Below, in pieces: positions 8,331 through 17,527 of a stretch of DNA of 32,000 bases. The first letter of the stretch is position 1. Each line of letters opens with the position of its first letter. The stretch covers positions 390,001 to 422,000 of the forward strand of contig NZ_LN885086.1 of assembly GCF_001458695.1 (NCBI RefSeq), given 5' to 3'. The position numbers and the translations under genes are program-made. Source of the stretch: Candidatus Nitrospira inopinata. Lineage in GTDB: Bacteria; Nitrospirota; Nitrospiria; Nitrospirales; Nitrospiraceae. Under the pieces are notes generated by a model. It did not search any database. It saw nothing but the letters and a program-made list of their open reading frames with translations, and was not told the DNA's origin.

Positions 8331-9854
8331 TCACGGAACTCGCCGAAGGTTTGAAGGTGACGTGATGCTGGTCAGGGAATCACACTCGGTAGTGAATATA
8401 TTGTTCGGGATGAGAGCGCTCAGGCTGTTGATCCCAGTTCTCTCACAAAATAAGTTTGAGTAGAAACGGATCCCAAAACCTGCATCCCGCAAATAGCTTG
8501 TAGGCGAGGCAATAGCTGCGATGCCGTCTAACATGGTACGTAGGTCGAAGACATTGGCAGACACATCAATAACATTCCTACCTCTCTGAAGGCCGCCGAT
8601 AAAAATGGCTGATCCGTTTGTCGAAATGATTCGGTTGTTTCGGATTGTCACATTTCCGGATGCTGTTGGATACATGGCAATGCCTGCCTGACCAGGACAG
8701 GTCTCGTTTCTATAATTAGCATGAATAATGGTATTGCCCTCGACGATGATATCCGCCCCATGGACTCCTATTCCGAAACCTCGCGCATTCGTCACCACAT
8801 TGCCGCGAATGATCGCATGAGAGATAGCGTCGGCCTCATTTCCACCCATGTCTATTCCGTCTCCCGTTGCAGCCGAACAATTGGGTTGCGCATCCCATCC
8901 ATGGCGCACGTGACTGCCACTACCGATCACATTGTTTTCGATCACAGCGGAGATGACTTGCCGACCACCCTTTAAGTACAGGGCCTCCCCTCCGATGTCG
9001 TAAAATTGATTGTTCCTAATGACGAGGCGACTGGGCGCGCTGCCAATGATTCCATCTCCGTATGTATGAATGCCCTGACTCTGTTGACCGATGAAGATTA
9101 CGCCGTCGATCGTCCAAGTCCCGCCAGACGTCTCATTAACTGGCCAACCATCGGACCAGGTCGAAATCCCCTTGCCCCACCCCCAGGTCGTGCCTCCCTG
9201 ATACATGATCCGGCCAACCCCACCTCCCTGCACTGTGATACTGCGAATCCCGCGGCCTGGCTCTGGCCTGACCCCGAGCTGAATGCCAATATTGCGCGCG
9301 CCTACTTCCAGCATCTGGCCCACAGGGTTGTCTTTGACATAGACGGTCCAGGGACCAGTACTGTTATCACACACCGGCGTGAACCATTGAGGTGTGCAGC
9401 CCCACTGCCCGGGTGTCAACGAGCCGGGCTGAGCAGGCTGAAGAATAACGCCGTTTCGCACCATTACCTTAGGAGCGGTTCGAAACGTTTTCCGGTATTC
9501 GCCATTGGCAGTGAGTTGCCACCCTACCCCATCATCGATGTCGGCCCCGTTGACCGTAGCCGGATCGTTATGAGGCGAACAAGCGAGGTCGATCGTGAGA
9601 TTGTTATCGAGCACCACCAGCATGCCCCGATGATACCCACAAATATGAACCGTATCGCCTGGCAAGACTTTCGACGCCGTAAACGTCGAGTTGGGAACCA
9701 TGTCGATACCCGAGTAGGCATTGGCGTACGATGTGCCATTGCCAGAGCCATAGGTCTGACCAGCGGGGCGAAACCACACATCAGCAGCGTCAACCGAGGT
9801 TGAGGCAAGAACTAGCAATGCAATTATGCCTCTCATGGCGATGCTACAAGCCAT
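8331..9854 (-). CDS. Secreted right-handed parallel beta-helix repeat protein (pectate-lyase fold; polysaccharide-modifying or -degrading candidate)
   Basis: The ATG at 9854 is preceded by AAGGAGGTG and gives MACSIAMRGIIALLVLASTSVDA|ADV, a signal peptide. An alternative ATG lies at 9836. The track start at 9959 would overlap the upstream gene by more than 100 nt. Repetitive NN.I / GN.I beta-helix rungs are present (IENNVIGSG..., IRGNVVTNARGFGIGVHGADIIVEGNTIIHAN, TIRNNRIIS). Confidence 0.7.
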   Translation of the reverse strand: MACSIAMRGIIALLVLASTSVDAADVWFRPAGQTYGSGNGTSYANAYSGIDMVPNSTFTASKVLPGDTVHICGYHRGMLVVLDNNLTIDLACSPHNDPATVNGADIDDGVGWQLTANGEYRKTFRTAPKVMVRNGVILQPAQPGSLTPGQWGCTPQWFTPVCDNSTGPWTVYVKDNPVGQMLEVGARNIGIQLGVRPEPGRGIRSITVQGGGVGRIMYQGGTTWGWGKGISTWSDGWPVNETSGGTWTIDGVIFIGQQSQGIHTYGDGIIGSAPSRLVIRNNQFYDIGGEALYLKGGRQVISAVIENNVIGSGSHVRHGWDAQPNCSAATGDGIDMGGNEADAISHAIIRGNVVTNARGFGIGVHGADIIVEGNTIIHANYRNETCPGQAGIAMYPTASGNVTIRNNRIISTNGSAIFIGGLQRGRNVIDVSANVFDLRTMLDGIAAIASPTSYLRDAGFGIRFYSNLFCERTGINSLSALIPNNIFTTECDSLTSITSPSNLRRVP

Positions 9855-10866
9855 TTGACACCTCCTTGAGAATCTGCGACAGCAGATTCTCGCTCGAGTA
9901 GCCGCTCCGTTCACAACGGACCAGGCCGGCGGCGGCGATACGCCGGCGCGCTTCGTCATGAGCCAGGTAGAATTTCACCTTGTCGATCATCTCGTCGTCC
10001 GACGAAAAAAACTCCGCCTCCTTCCCCTCTTCGAAGAGTTGCTGATGCAGTTCCGTCCGTTCGGCAAGAAGAAATGTTCCCATGGCCGGGATTTCAAACG
10101 TGCGGGTCGTCGAGGTTTCCGGAATGTGTTTCCCGAGCAGCCCCAGACCGATTTTGGCGCAGGCCAGGGCGACCGGATAACTTTCTCCCCAAAGACCTGG
10201 ACTCACCAGGCCCTTAGCCCAGGGGTGACTGTTGGCATAAGCGGGCCAGGCATCGCCCCAAATCCGCAGCTTGACACCGATGGCGGAAAGAGCCTTAAGC
10301 CGTTGAGCATAGTGTGGCTGCCTGTGGCCTATAAAGCAGACATCGGAGTCGTATTGCGACCGTTCCGGCTCCGGAATATCTCGCGGGTAAAACCGGTTGT
10401 CATACCCCTGATACGTCAAAATCACCCGTTTGGCGCCAGCCTGTTTGTAGAGATCAACCTCCCATTCTTTCGTGGTCACGAAGACGTCATAGAGATGAAT
10501 GGACGCCATAAAGTGTCGCGACCGTTGAATCACAAACTGCGAATCCGGCGTATAGTGGAGAGCCCGCGCGCCGGTCGCTTCTTTTAAGGATTGAAGCGTT
10601 TCTGGGTAGATCCACACGCCTTTATCCACCCACAGGAGATCGATACCCTTGAGCTGCTGCGTCTCTTGCCACAACACTCGATTGATGTTGCTGACCATCG
10701 GACCGGCATTGAGTCGCCACGCGACCGACCTCGCGAGATGAGACGAGCGAGACTCGAAAGCAGAGATATCGAACGGGACCGTCTCGCACCCCAGCTCGTT
10801 CAGAGCCTTCATGCGCGCCAACGAGGTCGTCCCTTCACGCAGTTTCCCGATGTAAAAGATTCGCAT
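9844..10866 (-). CDS. CgeB-like / DUF3880-type glycosyltransferase family protein
   Basis: 340-aa ORF, MRIFYIGKLREGTTSLARMKAL...VCFIGHRQPHYAQRLKAL...TTRTFEIPAMGTFLLAERTELHQQLFEEGKEAEFFSSDDEMIDKVKFYLAHDEARRRIAAAG. The C-terminal block resembles the Glyco_trans_1_2/CgeB family. Confidence 0.65.
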   Translation of the reverse strand: MRIFYIGKLREGTTSLARMKALNELGCETVPFDISAFESRSSHLARSVAWRLNAGPMVSNINRVLWQETQQLKGIDLLWVDKGVWIYPETLQSLKEATGARALHYTPDSQFVIQRSRHFMASIHLYDVFVTTKEWEVDLYKQAGAKRVILTYQGYDNRFYPRDIPEPERSQYDSDVCFIGHRQPHYAQRLKALSAIGVKLRIWGDAWPAYANSHPWAKGLVSPGLWGESYPVALACAKIGLGLLGKHIPETSTTRTFEIPAMGTFLLAERTELHQQLFEEGKEAEFFSSDDEMIDKVKFYLAHDEARRRIAAAGLVRCERSGYSSENLLSQILKEVSNGL

Positions 10867-10871
10867 GACCG

Positions 10872-12128
10872 CTACTTCTGATCACACGGAATTGAGCGCG
10901 CGTTGCTTGACCGCCGCGCGAGGTACGCGGAGAGCAGCAACTGCATGCCGAAGTATACCGGCACCGCCATGGCCGCTCCGTCGAGGCCGTAGAAATAAAT
11001 CATGGGAAAACCAACCACCACGCTGAGCACAGCCCCGGCTGTTTCGCTGAACAGGACGCTCTTTGTCGCATCATAGGCAAAGCAGACGCGCGTTGTAATG
11101 TGAGTCAGCGCCAACAGCCCATAGCCGGCGGCGATCCACGGGGCGAGGTACGCTCCATCGCGAAAGGCCGGCCCCAATAGCAAGGACGCCACCTCCTCAT
11201 GAAATAGGGCAAACCCCGCCCATAAGGCTACGCTCCCAAGCGCCGCAATCAGAAACCACACCGCGAGGTACTTTCTGCTCGCCGCTGATTTTTGTCTGAG
11301 CGCCTCATAATAGGCGGGGCGAATGGCGGTCTCGGCGATGCTCGACAGCATGAGCGTGGGACGGCTCGCCAGACCGTACACCGCGACATAGGCACCCACC
11401 TCCTTACTGGAAAGCAGTCCTCCGATCATGTAGCGGTCCGCCATGTTAGAGATCCAGCCGATCAACCCAATAGGAATAAGCGGGACCGTGTAGCTCTTGA
11501 AAGCCTGTAGCAACTGTTGCGCTTCCGGCCCATTGACTGGCTTCACCCCCGGCAGCGTCTTTCGACGAAGCAGCAGATACAACCCCCCGGAAGTCGCGAC
11601 GAAGGAGGCCAGCACGACGTCCACATCGACCCCCAGCATGGTGACCGCTCCGTAGGCGACCAGGGGTCTTCCCCAAGCCTCGCCGTTTTGCCAGATTCCA
11701 TACCATCGATGCTGGCGCGTTGCATTCAGGATGGCGGTCTGAAACATTCTGAGCCCATCCACCCCCACCAGGGCCGCGATGAGGAGCGCATCGAGCGGCG
11801 TCGCCCATCCGACCAGAAAAGCCACGACACTCAAAAGCAAACAGACGGGCAATGCCGCTTTGACGACCCGCCCGATGTTTTTCATGGTGACCGCTTCGAC
11901 GATCGCCCGGTTCTCCACTCCTCCTTCCGCCGGATAGTGCCGCAACAATGCCTGCAACGAGGGATTGACGAGCGTGCTCGTCATGAGGGCCGCCACTCCC
12001 ATCAAGAGGCTGGCTTCGCCAAAGACTGAGGGCGTCAGCACCTCGGTTAACAAGCGAACACCGACCACTTGGCCGAGAGCCGAACCGACTTGGAACGCCC
12101 CCACTACACACAGCTCCCATCGCAGCAT
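10872..12128 (-). CDS. Wzx-like polysaccharide flippase (MOP/PST superfamily)
   Basis: 418-aa polytopic membrane ORF of typical flippase length, in an EPS operon. The exact start is uncertain because the SD abuts the ATG. Confidence 0.65.
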   Translation of the reverse strand: MLRWELCVVGAFQVGSALGQVVGVRLLTEVLTPSVFGEASLLMGVAALMTSTLVNPSLQALLRHYPAEGGVENRAIVEAVTMKNIGRVVKAALPVCLLLSVVAFLVGWATPLDALLIAALVGVDGLRMFQTAILNATRQHRWYGIWQNGEAWGRPLVAYGAVTMLGVDVDVVLASFVATSGGLYLLLRRKTLPGVKPVNGPEAQQLLQAFKSYTVPLIPIGLIGWISNMADRYMIGGLLSSKEVGAYVAVYGLASRPTLMLSSIAETAIRPAYYEALRQKSAASRKYLAVWFLIAALGSVALWAGFALFHEEVASLLLGPAFRDGAYLAPWIAAGYGLLALTHITTRVCFAYDATKSVLFSETAGAVLSVVVGFPMIYFYGLDGAAMAVPVYFGMQLLLSAYLARRSSNARSIPCDQK

Positions 12129-12137
12129 CTCCTTTGA

Positions 12138-12971
12138 CTACTCCAACTCTCTTGCCCGCTCTTTGGGAATCGCAATCACGTAGGTCGAAGGTGCGTCGCT
12201 CACGATGGACGGATCGGACGGGGAGTGATGGATCCACCGAAGGCCGTAGTCGAATGGCTTAAAGAATTCCTCGAAGGTTTCCATTCGAATGCCCCTCGGT
12301 TCGGCAAAACAGGGCAGGAACTCAAAATAGACGATCGGCCTCTGCCTCTCGAGGGTCGTTCGCCCGCCACGCAGCACTTCCAGTTCGCTCCCCTCGACGT
12401 CGATTTTGATCACATCGATCCGAGGCTGGCCTGCCAACGACTCATCCAACGTGCCAACTGTGACAGGTACGGGTTTCGCGCCGGAATCGTGACTGAGGGA
12501 GGACATGTCGCCTTTCTTTCTGACATAGAACGTGGCCGTGCCCTTCGTGTCGCTGAGAGCCAGAGGCAACACGGTCACATTCGGCAATTGTGACGTGTTC
12601 ATCCGCAAGAGTCTTAAGGCTGCCGGCATCGGCTCAAAGGCGAAGACCCGGCCCGTTGTCCCGACAAGTCTGCTCGCGAGCTTGGTGAAATATCCGATGT
12701 TCGCCCCCACATCCACGAACACCGCGCCGTCGCTCAGTACCCGACGAAGCAGTTTTTCCGTCCCCTGCTCATGGGGAAGCCCTCCATAAAAGAAATAGCT
12801 AAAACACATGAACTCGCGCAAATCGAGATAGATCTCGCCGCCGTCCGAGAGCCGCGCCCGATACCGTTGAAGAGATGGCACCACTCGCGCGGCCGCGGCG
12901 ATAAGCGGAGCCCATCCGCGAGGAATCACGCAACGCGCCACGTTGACGGTTGATTGCAATGACATCGGCAT
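12138..12971 (-). CDS. FkbM-family SAM-dependent methyltransferase
   Basis: Motifs VFVDVGANIGYFT, RVFAFEP and IDVIKIDVEGSELEVLRGG are the FkbM signature. I placed the start at ATG 12971, downstream of the exosortase stop at 13000. The track start at 13091 would overlap the upstream gene. Confidence 0.8.
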   Translation of the reverse strand: MPMSLQSTVNVARCVIPRGWAPLIAAAARVVPSLQRYRARLSDGGEIYLDLREFMCFSYFFYGGLPHEQGTEKLLRRVLSDGAVFVDVGANIGYFTKLASRLVGTTGRVFAFEPMPAALRLLRMNTSQLPNVTVLPLALSDTKGTATFYVRKKGDMSSLSHDSGAKPVPVTVGTLDESLAGQPRIDVIKIDVEGSELEVLRGGRTTLERQRPIVYFEFLPCFAEPRGIRMETFEEFFKPFDYGLRWIHHSPSDPSIVSDAPSTYVIAIPKERARELE

Positions 12972-12999
12972 CGTCGAGCAATCTCCGCGCTCGCCCGGC

Positions 13000-14562
13000 T
13001 CAACTCGGCACAAAGCGGGGCAGCGTGTCAAGGATCGCGGTCGCCATATCCTCCATCGCGGCGTCGGCGGCCGAGACATCAGAGACGGCATCGAGCGGCA
13101 TCACCAACCGCACCAGCGCGCCGTCGATCCTCCCTTGGGTGAGCGAATTCCAAAGAAGGATCGGCTTGACCGCGTTCTGGTCCGCGATGACCATGCCCCT
13201 GTGCTGGAACCAATAATAGACGACGTGTCTCTTGCCCTCGATCGTGGCCACGAGGCGGTTGATGCGAAGCGGCTGGTGATCCGGCCCTTGCCGATTCGAC
13301 AGCTCCTTAACACCCTGTTCCTCTATGCTCCATCCGTTGCCGGGCAAACAGACCGCCGGGTTGTGCGAGTACGAATCCTCATAGAGAGACGGAAAGTAGG
13401 GCACGAACACGTTGATCACCGGCCCGCCCGGCTTCATGAAGTTGGCGAGCAAATAGTCACTCCACGGGAGCGCATTGCGATAGATGACGTCCATCCGTTC
13501 ATGTTGCCCTTTCCACCCTTTGAGCTCAAGCGGAAACATGCTGAATTGCTCGCGCGGCGGTGTCACCACCGTTCGTTGCGGCAAAACGAACGGCAAGGAG
13601 GCCACCCCCGCCATCAACACGACCGTTGTGGCCAAAGCCGGCAATCCTCCTCGGGTGAACGTTCTTGCTTGCGCGGCGAGCGAGGAACCGAGCCCCCCTT
13701 CCGGGAGCAAGGCCCAGTCGAAGGCCGGCGTGTTCCGGTCCGCCAGCTTCGACAAAACCACGTTAACCGCCAAGATGAGGCCCAGCGCCGGGAAAAAGAT
13801 CACCCAGCCTTCGAAGTCGTGTAAAAATCCCTCCGCCGTGTTGACGCCCAGATACTCCGAGAACACGGCTGTGAGGGCGATTCTGATACTGTTCATGAGC
13901 ACGGTGATCGGCGCCGCGGCCACCAACAACAGCCCGATGCGAACCAGACCGGCTTTGCTGAAGACTCCGACAATATACGCCAGTGCCACCAGCGGCAATA
14001 GGTATCGCAACCCGCTGCAGGCTTCGACCACCTGCATCTGCATGGTGCCGATGTCGATGACGTTGCCTTCAAGATGCACCGTGATGCCGGCCAGTTCGAT
14101 CATGGCGGCCCCCAGACGGGACGAGATAAGTTGCAAGGAACTCGACATCTTGTTGAACAGCGCCGTCGGCATGGGGATCGCGAAGAGCAACAGCACTAGG
14201 GCCGCCCAGTGTCGTTTGGCCTGTTCCCATCCGGCAGAGAGGACAAAGACGCCGCATGTCATCAGCAACAGGCTAAACCCATAGACGCTGAACATGTGCC
14301 CGTAATGGGCCAGAAGCAGCGTGGCCACGCCCGACACCAGGAGCAGCGCCGCGCCCATCCGTGATCCCCGAACCGGTTGACCCTCGGTCGGCCGCCCAAG
14401 CAACACCATGTAGGCTCCGACAAGCGGGATCATGATCGCATGGCTGTATTCCTCGGAATTCCACTGTTTGAGCAACCAGTCAATGCCGGCCGGATAGCCG
14501 ATCCACACGGCCGCCAGAGGAAGCATCAATGAGAGCAGATAGACAATGACCATCGCCTTCAA
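13000..14562 (-). CDS. Exosortase (EpsH/Xrt family) fused to a C-terminal EpsI-family domain
   Basis: The N-terminal ~290 aa are polytopic and carry exosortase landmarks: EEYSHAIMIPLV, the catalytic-Cys block VEACSGLRYLLPL, the Arg block MNSIRIALT and the His block LHDFEGWVIFF. The C-terminal ~220 aa (FPLELKGWKG...DYLLANF...SHNPAVCLPGNGW...HVVYYWFQHRG) match the EpsI pattern. The track start is TTG 14562. ATG 14553 has better SD spacing and may be the true start. Confidence 0.85.
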   Translation of the reverse strand: MKAMVIVYLLSLMLPLAAVWIGYPAGIDWLLKQWNSEEYSHAIMIPLVGAYMVLLGRPTEGQPVRGSRMGAALLLVSGVATLLLAHYGHMFSVYGFSLLLMTCGVFVLSAGWEQAKRHWAALVLLLFAIPMPTALFNKMSSSLQLISSRLGAAMIELAGITVHLEGNVIDIGTMQMQVVEACSGLRYLLPLVALAYIVGVFSKAGLVRIGLLLVAAAPITVLMNSIRIALTAVFSEYLGVNTAEGFLHDFEGWVIFFPALGLILAVNVVLSKLADRNTPAFDWALLPEGGLGSSLAAQARTFTRGGLPALATTVVLMAGVASLPFVLPQRTVVTPPREQFSMFPLELKGWKGQHERMDVIYRNALPWSDYLLANFMKPGGPVINVFVPYFPSLYEDSYSHNPAVCLPGNGWSIEEQGVKELSNRQGPDHQPLRINRLVATIEGKRHVVYYWFQHRGMVIADQNAVKPILLWNSLTQGRIDGALVRLVMPLDAVSDVSAADAAMEDMATAILDTLPRFVPS

Positions 14563-14568
14563 TCCCCC

Positions 14569-15669
14569 TCAGCAAGATGATGCAGCAAGGAGGTGGTCCA
14601 ACAACGCCGCGCAGTGTGTGGAAAACGCCGGAAACCGGAAAATGTCCGCATCGGACGAGGACACTCGCGGCTGCTCCAATGCCGACAGAATGGCCGCAAT
14701 GAGCGCCTCCCGATCGTCACAAGGCACCGCATAGCCGGCCGTCCCGTCCCGCAGGGGATCCATGCTGCCGTCTTCGCTACCGCCTATCACGGGGATTCCC
14801 GACCGCATGGCTTCCAAAAACACGATTCCGAACCCCTCTTTCGTGCTCGGCATGACGAACACGTCGGCCGTTCGGTAAAGATCCGGAAGATCCCGATCAT
14901 CGATTTTCCCGATAAACTTCACCTGCTCGGCCACTCCGTGTTCCTGCGCCATCCGTTCAAAACGCCCCCGGCCTGGCCCGTCCCCGGCTATGACGTAGAC
15001 AAGATCCGGATATCTTTCGACAAGCTCGCGCAGCACGCCCATGACTCGGTGGTGTCCTTTCTCCCAATCGTGAGCGTCAAGGCGCGACACGGTCAGTAAG
15101 AGCCGTTTCCCCCTCAGTCCATACCAGTCAAGAATCCGGTCGGACTTCGGGCCGGGAGAGAATCGCTCGCTCACGGTATTCGGCAGCACCCGAACTCGTT
15201 CGGGTCGCACGTTCGCCCAGGCCAGTAGTTTGCGCTTGGTATAGCGGCTCACGACGGTGACCATGCGCGCCTGTTCCACGCCCCACCGCACCACCGGCTT
15301 CGGGCATTTCCAGGCATCGATCCCATGCAGTTGCACCCAGAGCGGAACCTTCACGCCTTGCGCGACCGTAGCCGCCAGCGGAACCTGGAGGATGTGGCCG
15401 CAGAACACCGCGTCGAACGGCCCGTCCATCGTCGCGTGCCGAATCGCCCGCAGCGAATAGCCGATTTTGTTGAATACTGGGGGCAGTTGCCGCACGCGGG
15501 GTGGAAGCTCGCCTTGATCAGGCCGTCCCAAACGAGGCGCGACGACGATCTCGGCTACCGCTTCGTTCCGCGAGAGGGCGGTCAAGAGATCGCGGTTGTA
15601 CCGCGAAATCCCTCCGTGGCCGCCGAAGCCGTCGGTGATCAATGCGAGGATGCGAATAGATCTTGCCAT
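14569..15669 (-). CDS. Family 4 glycosyltransferase (exosortase-locus-associated sugar transferase type)
   Basis: 366-aa ORF with ...ADVFVMPSTKEGFGIVFLEAMRSGIPVIG (E-x7-E). It is separated by 4-6 nt from both neighbours. Confidence 0.85.
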   Translation of the reverse strand: MARSIRILALITDGFGGHGGISRYNRDLLTALSRNEAVAEIVVAPRLGRPDQGELPPRVRQLPPVFNKIGYSLRAIRHATMDGPFDAVFCGHILQVPLAATVAQGVKVPLWVQLHGIDAWKCPKPVVRWGVEQARMVTVVSRYTKRKLLAWANVRPERVRVLPNTVSERFSPGPKSDRILDWYGLRGKRLLLTVSRLDAHDWEKGHHRVMGVLRELVERYPDLVYVIAGDGPGRGRFERMAQEHGVAEQVKFIGKIDDRDLPDLYRTADVFVMPSTKEGFGIVFLEAMRSGIPVIGGSEDGSMDPLRDGTAGYAVPCDDREALIAAILSALEQPRVSSSDADIFRFPAFSTHCAALLDHLLAASSC

Positions 15670-15673
15670 ATCA

Positions 15674-17512
15674 TTACGTCGAGGCGACGATCTGCGCCCA
15701 GCGCCTGGTCCACTGAACGGATTCCTGCTCGCGCGCGCCCATTACAGGCTGATTGTTCTTCCAGACCGACGGGTCTTTCGCGATCCACTGCGTCATCGGC
15801 GTCGAGAAACCCGTCTTTCGTCTCTTGCGAATCGCTTCGGGGATGGGTACGCGAGGACTCTGTGCCAACAGATCCTTCCCCCGGACAGCGGCGCCCGTGA
15901 TAAGTGCCGGTGAGAGCCGCTTCACCAGGTATGAATCGACCAAGGGGGTGCGAATCTCCAGTGAGTGGGCCATGCCAGCCCAATCCGTATCGCGCAGCAG
16001 TTGGTTCCGCATGTACAACCCGGCTTCCATCACAGCAACACGACCGGCCGCGGAACCTGGATCTGGCACAAGAATCTTACCGATATGCCGGAGAGGTTGG
16101 AGGCGGCGAAGCCCTTCCCTCACCATATCTTGTTCCAGCACTTGGCCCAGCTCATCGGGCATGAAGAGTCCTCGGCCAAGCAAGTATGCGCCCGCATAGG
16201 TTCCTCCGTATTCCAATGCGCTGAATGCCTTAGGATCGTTCCTAACAACCCAGGGGAACATGCGCCGCCCGACGATGTTGGCCAAGCGGCCCATCATCGA
16301 CACGCGGGGTGGAAAAGCTATCCGCCGAACCAAGGGAGGGATCTTCGCACACGCGGAAGAGCCTCCCAGCAATACATCGCCTCCAAGCCCGGAAACGACG
16401 GCCTTCAAACCGAGTTCGCGCGCCGCCTTGCTGACAAACCACGTGTTGATGCCGTCGATGCTCGGTTGATCCATCGCGTCCAAAATGCGCGGTAGATCCT
16501 CGCGGAACTCGGATTCGGTCACGATGCGGGTCGTATGGTGCGTGCCGTATTGCTTGGCGACCTGCTCGGCAAGCGGCCCCTCGTCGTCCAGCTTTCCCGC
16601 AAACTCCGAGAAGGTTACGGTTAGCGTCCTGACGTCGGACTGCCCCGCATCACGCATGAGTCCCACCAACGATCCGGAATCCACCCCCGCCGACAAGAAC
16701 GCGCCGACCGGCACATCGGCCACCAGATGATGGCGCACGGAATCCAGGAACGCCTCCCGCGCATATTCACAAAGATCTCGCTCATTGAGATTGAGCGGCT
16801 TGGTTTGGGCCTCCGCATACACATGCGCCAGCGAAAAATACGGCTTTGGCTCCAAAGGACCGACTTCCCCCACCCACATGATCGACCCCGCCGGCACCGC
16901 CCGAATATCTTGGTACATCGTATAGGGTTCCGGCACGCTGCCGAAGAGATAAAAGCCGACGTGGCCGGCGGGATCGGGATCGCGCGAGACCTTCCCGCCC
17001 ACCAGCAATGCCTTGACCTGACTGGCGAAGCGGAACGTCCACCCATCGTCCGCGTAGTACAACGGTTTGATTCCGTAGGGGTCGCGCGCGAGCAGCAGCG
17101 ATTTTTTGCGGCTGTCCCACAGGCCGAAGGCAAACATGCCGCGCAGGTCCTTGACCATCTCCTCTCCGCGGTCGGCATACAGATGAAGCAGGACTTCTGT
17201 ATCGGACATCGTCCGAAAGACATATCCTTTTTCCGCCAGCTCTTGGCGCAGCGTTTGGTAATTGTAAACCTCACCGTTAAAGACGATGGTCAGCTTGCCA
17301 TCTTGGCTGCTCATCGGCTGGGCCGCCCGTTCGTGGAGGTCGATGATCGCCAATCGCCTGTGGCCTAGCCCGACACGACCGTCCCCTGACAACCACTCTC
17401 CCGCCCCGTCCGGCCCTCGCGCGGCCATGTGGTCGCGTATTCGCCGCAGTTCGTCGCGATCGACGTCCAGCGCCGCATAATGATAGGCCACGATGCCGGC
17501 GATTCCACACAT
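15674..17512 (-). CDS. Glutamine-hydrolysing asparagine synthase paralog (exosortase-system-associated amidotransferase type)
   Basis: 612-aa ORF starting MCGIAGI (N-terminal Cys nucleophile of Ntn amidotransferases), with the PP-loop FLSAGVDSGSLV. It is adjacent to the exosortase, as in known PEP-CTERM/EpsH loci. Confidence 0.9.
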   Translation of the reverse strand: MCGIAGIVAYHYAALDVDRDELRRIRDHMAARGPDGAGEWLSGDGRVGLGHRRLAIIDLHERAAQPMSSQDGKLTIVFNGEVYNYQTLRQELAEKGYVFRTMSDTEVLLHLYADRGEEMVKDLRGMFAFGLWDSRKKSLLLARDPYGIKPLYYADDGWTFRFASQVKALLVGGKVSRDPDPAGHVGFYLFGSVPEPYTMYQDIRAVPAGSIMWVGEVGPLEPKPYFSLAHVYAEAQTKPLNLNERDLCEYAREAFLDSVRHHLVADVPVGAFLSAGVDSGSLVGLMRDAGQSDVRTLTVTFSEFAGKLDDEGPLAEQVAKQYGTHHTTRIVTESEFREDLPRILDAMDQPSIDGINTWFVSKAARELGLKAVVSGLGGDVLLGGSSACAKIPPLVRRIAFPPRVSMMGRLANIVGRRMFPWVVRNDPKAFSALEYGGTYAGAYLLGRGLFMPDELGQVLEQDMVREGLRRLQPLRHIGKILVPDPGSAAGRVAVMEAGLYMRNQLLRDTDWAGMAHSLEIRTPLVDSYLVKRLSPALITGAAVRGKDLLAQSPRVPIPEAIRKRRKTGFSTPMTQWIAKDPSVWKNNQPVMGAREQESVQWTRRWAQIVAST

Positions 17513-17527
17513 GGCGTCAATCCGTCC

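Noticed and set aside
9006-9803. 265-aa plus ORF antisense to the beta-helix gene, and similar ORFs such as 9958-10587, 11517-12029, 12943-13824, 13484-14284, 14593-15099, 15325-15900, 15965-16495 and 16727-17368
   Set aside because: All are antisense or off-frame shadows of well-supported minus-strand EPS genes. They have no motifs and compositionally biased translations.
11446-12237. 263-aa minus ORF overlapping the flippase and methyltransferase genes, and the 217-aa minus ORF 16621-17274 inside asnB
   Set aside because: They are alternative frames of genes whose main frame has clear family signatures. Their translations are Arg/Gly-rich.
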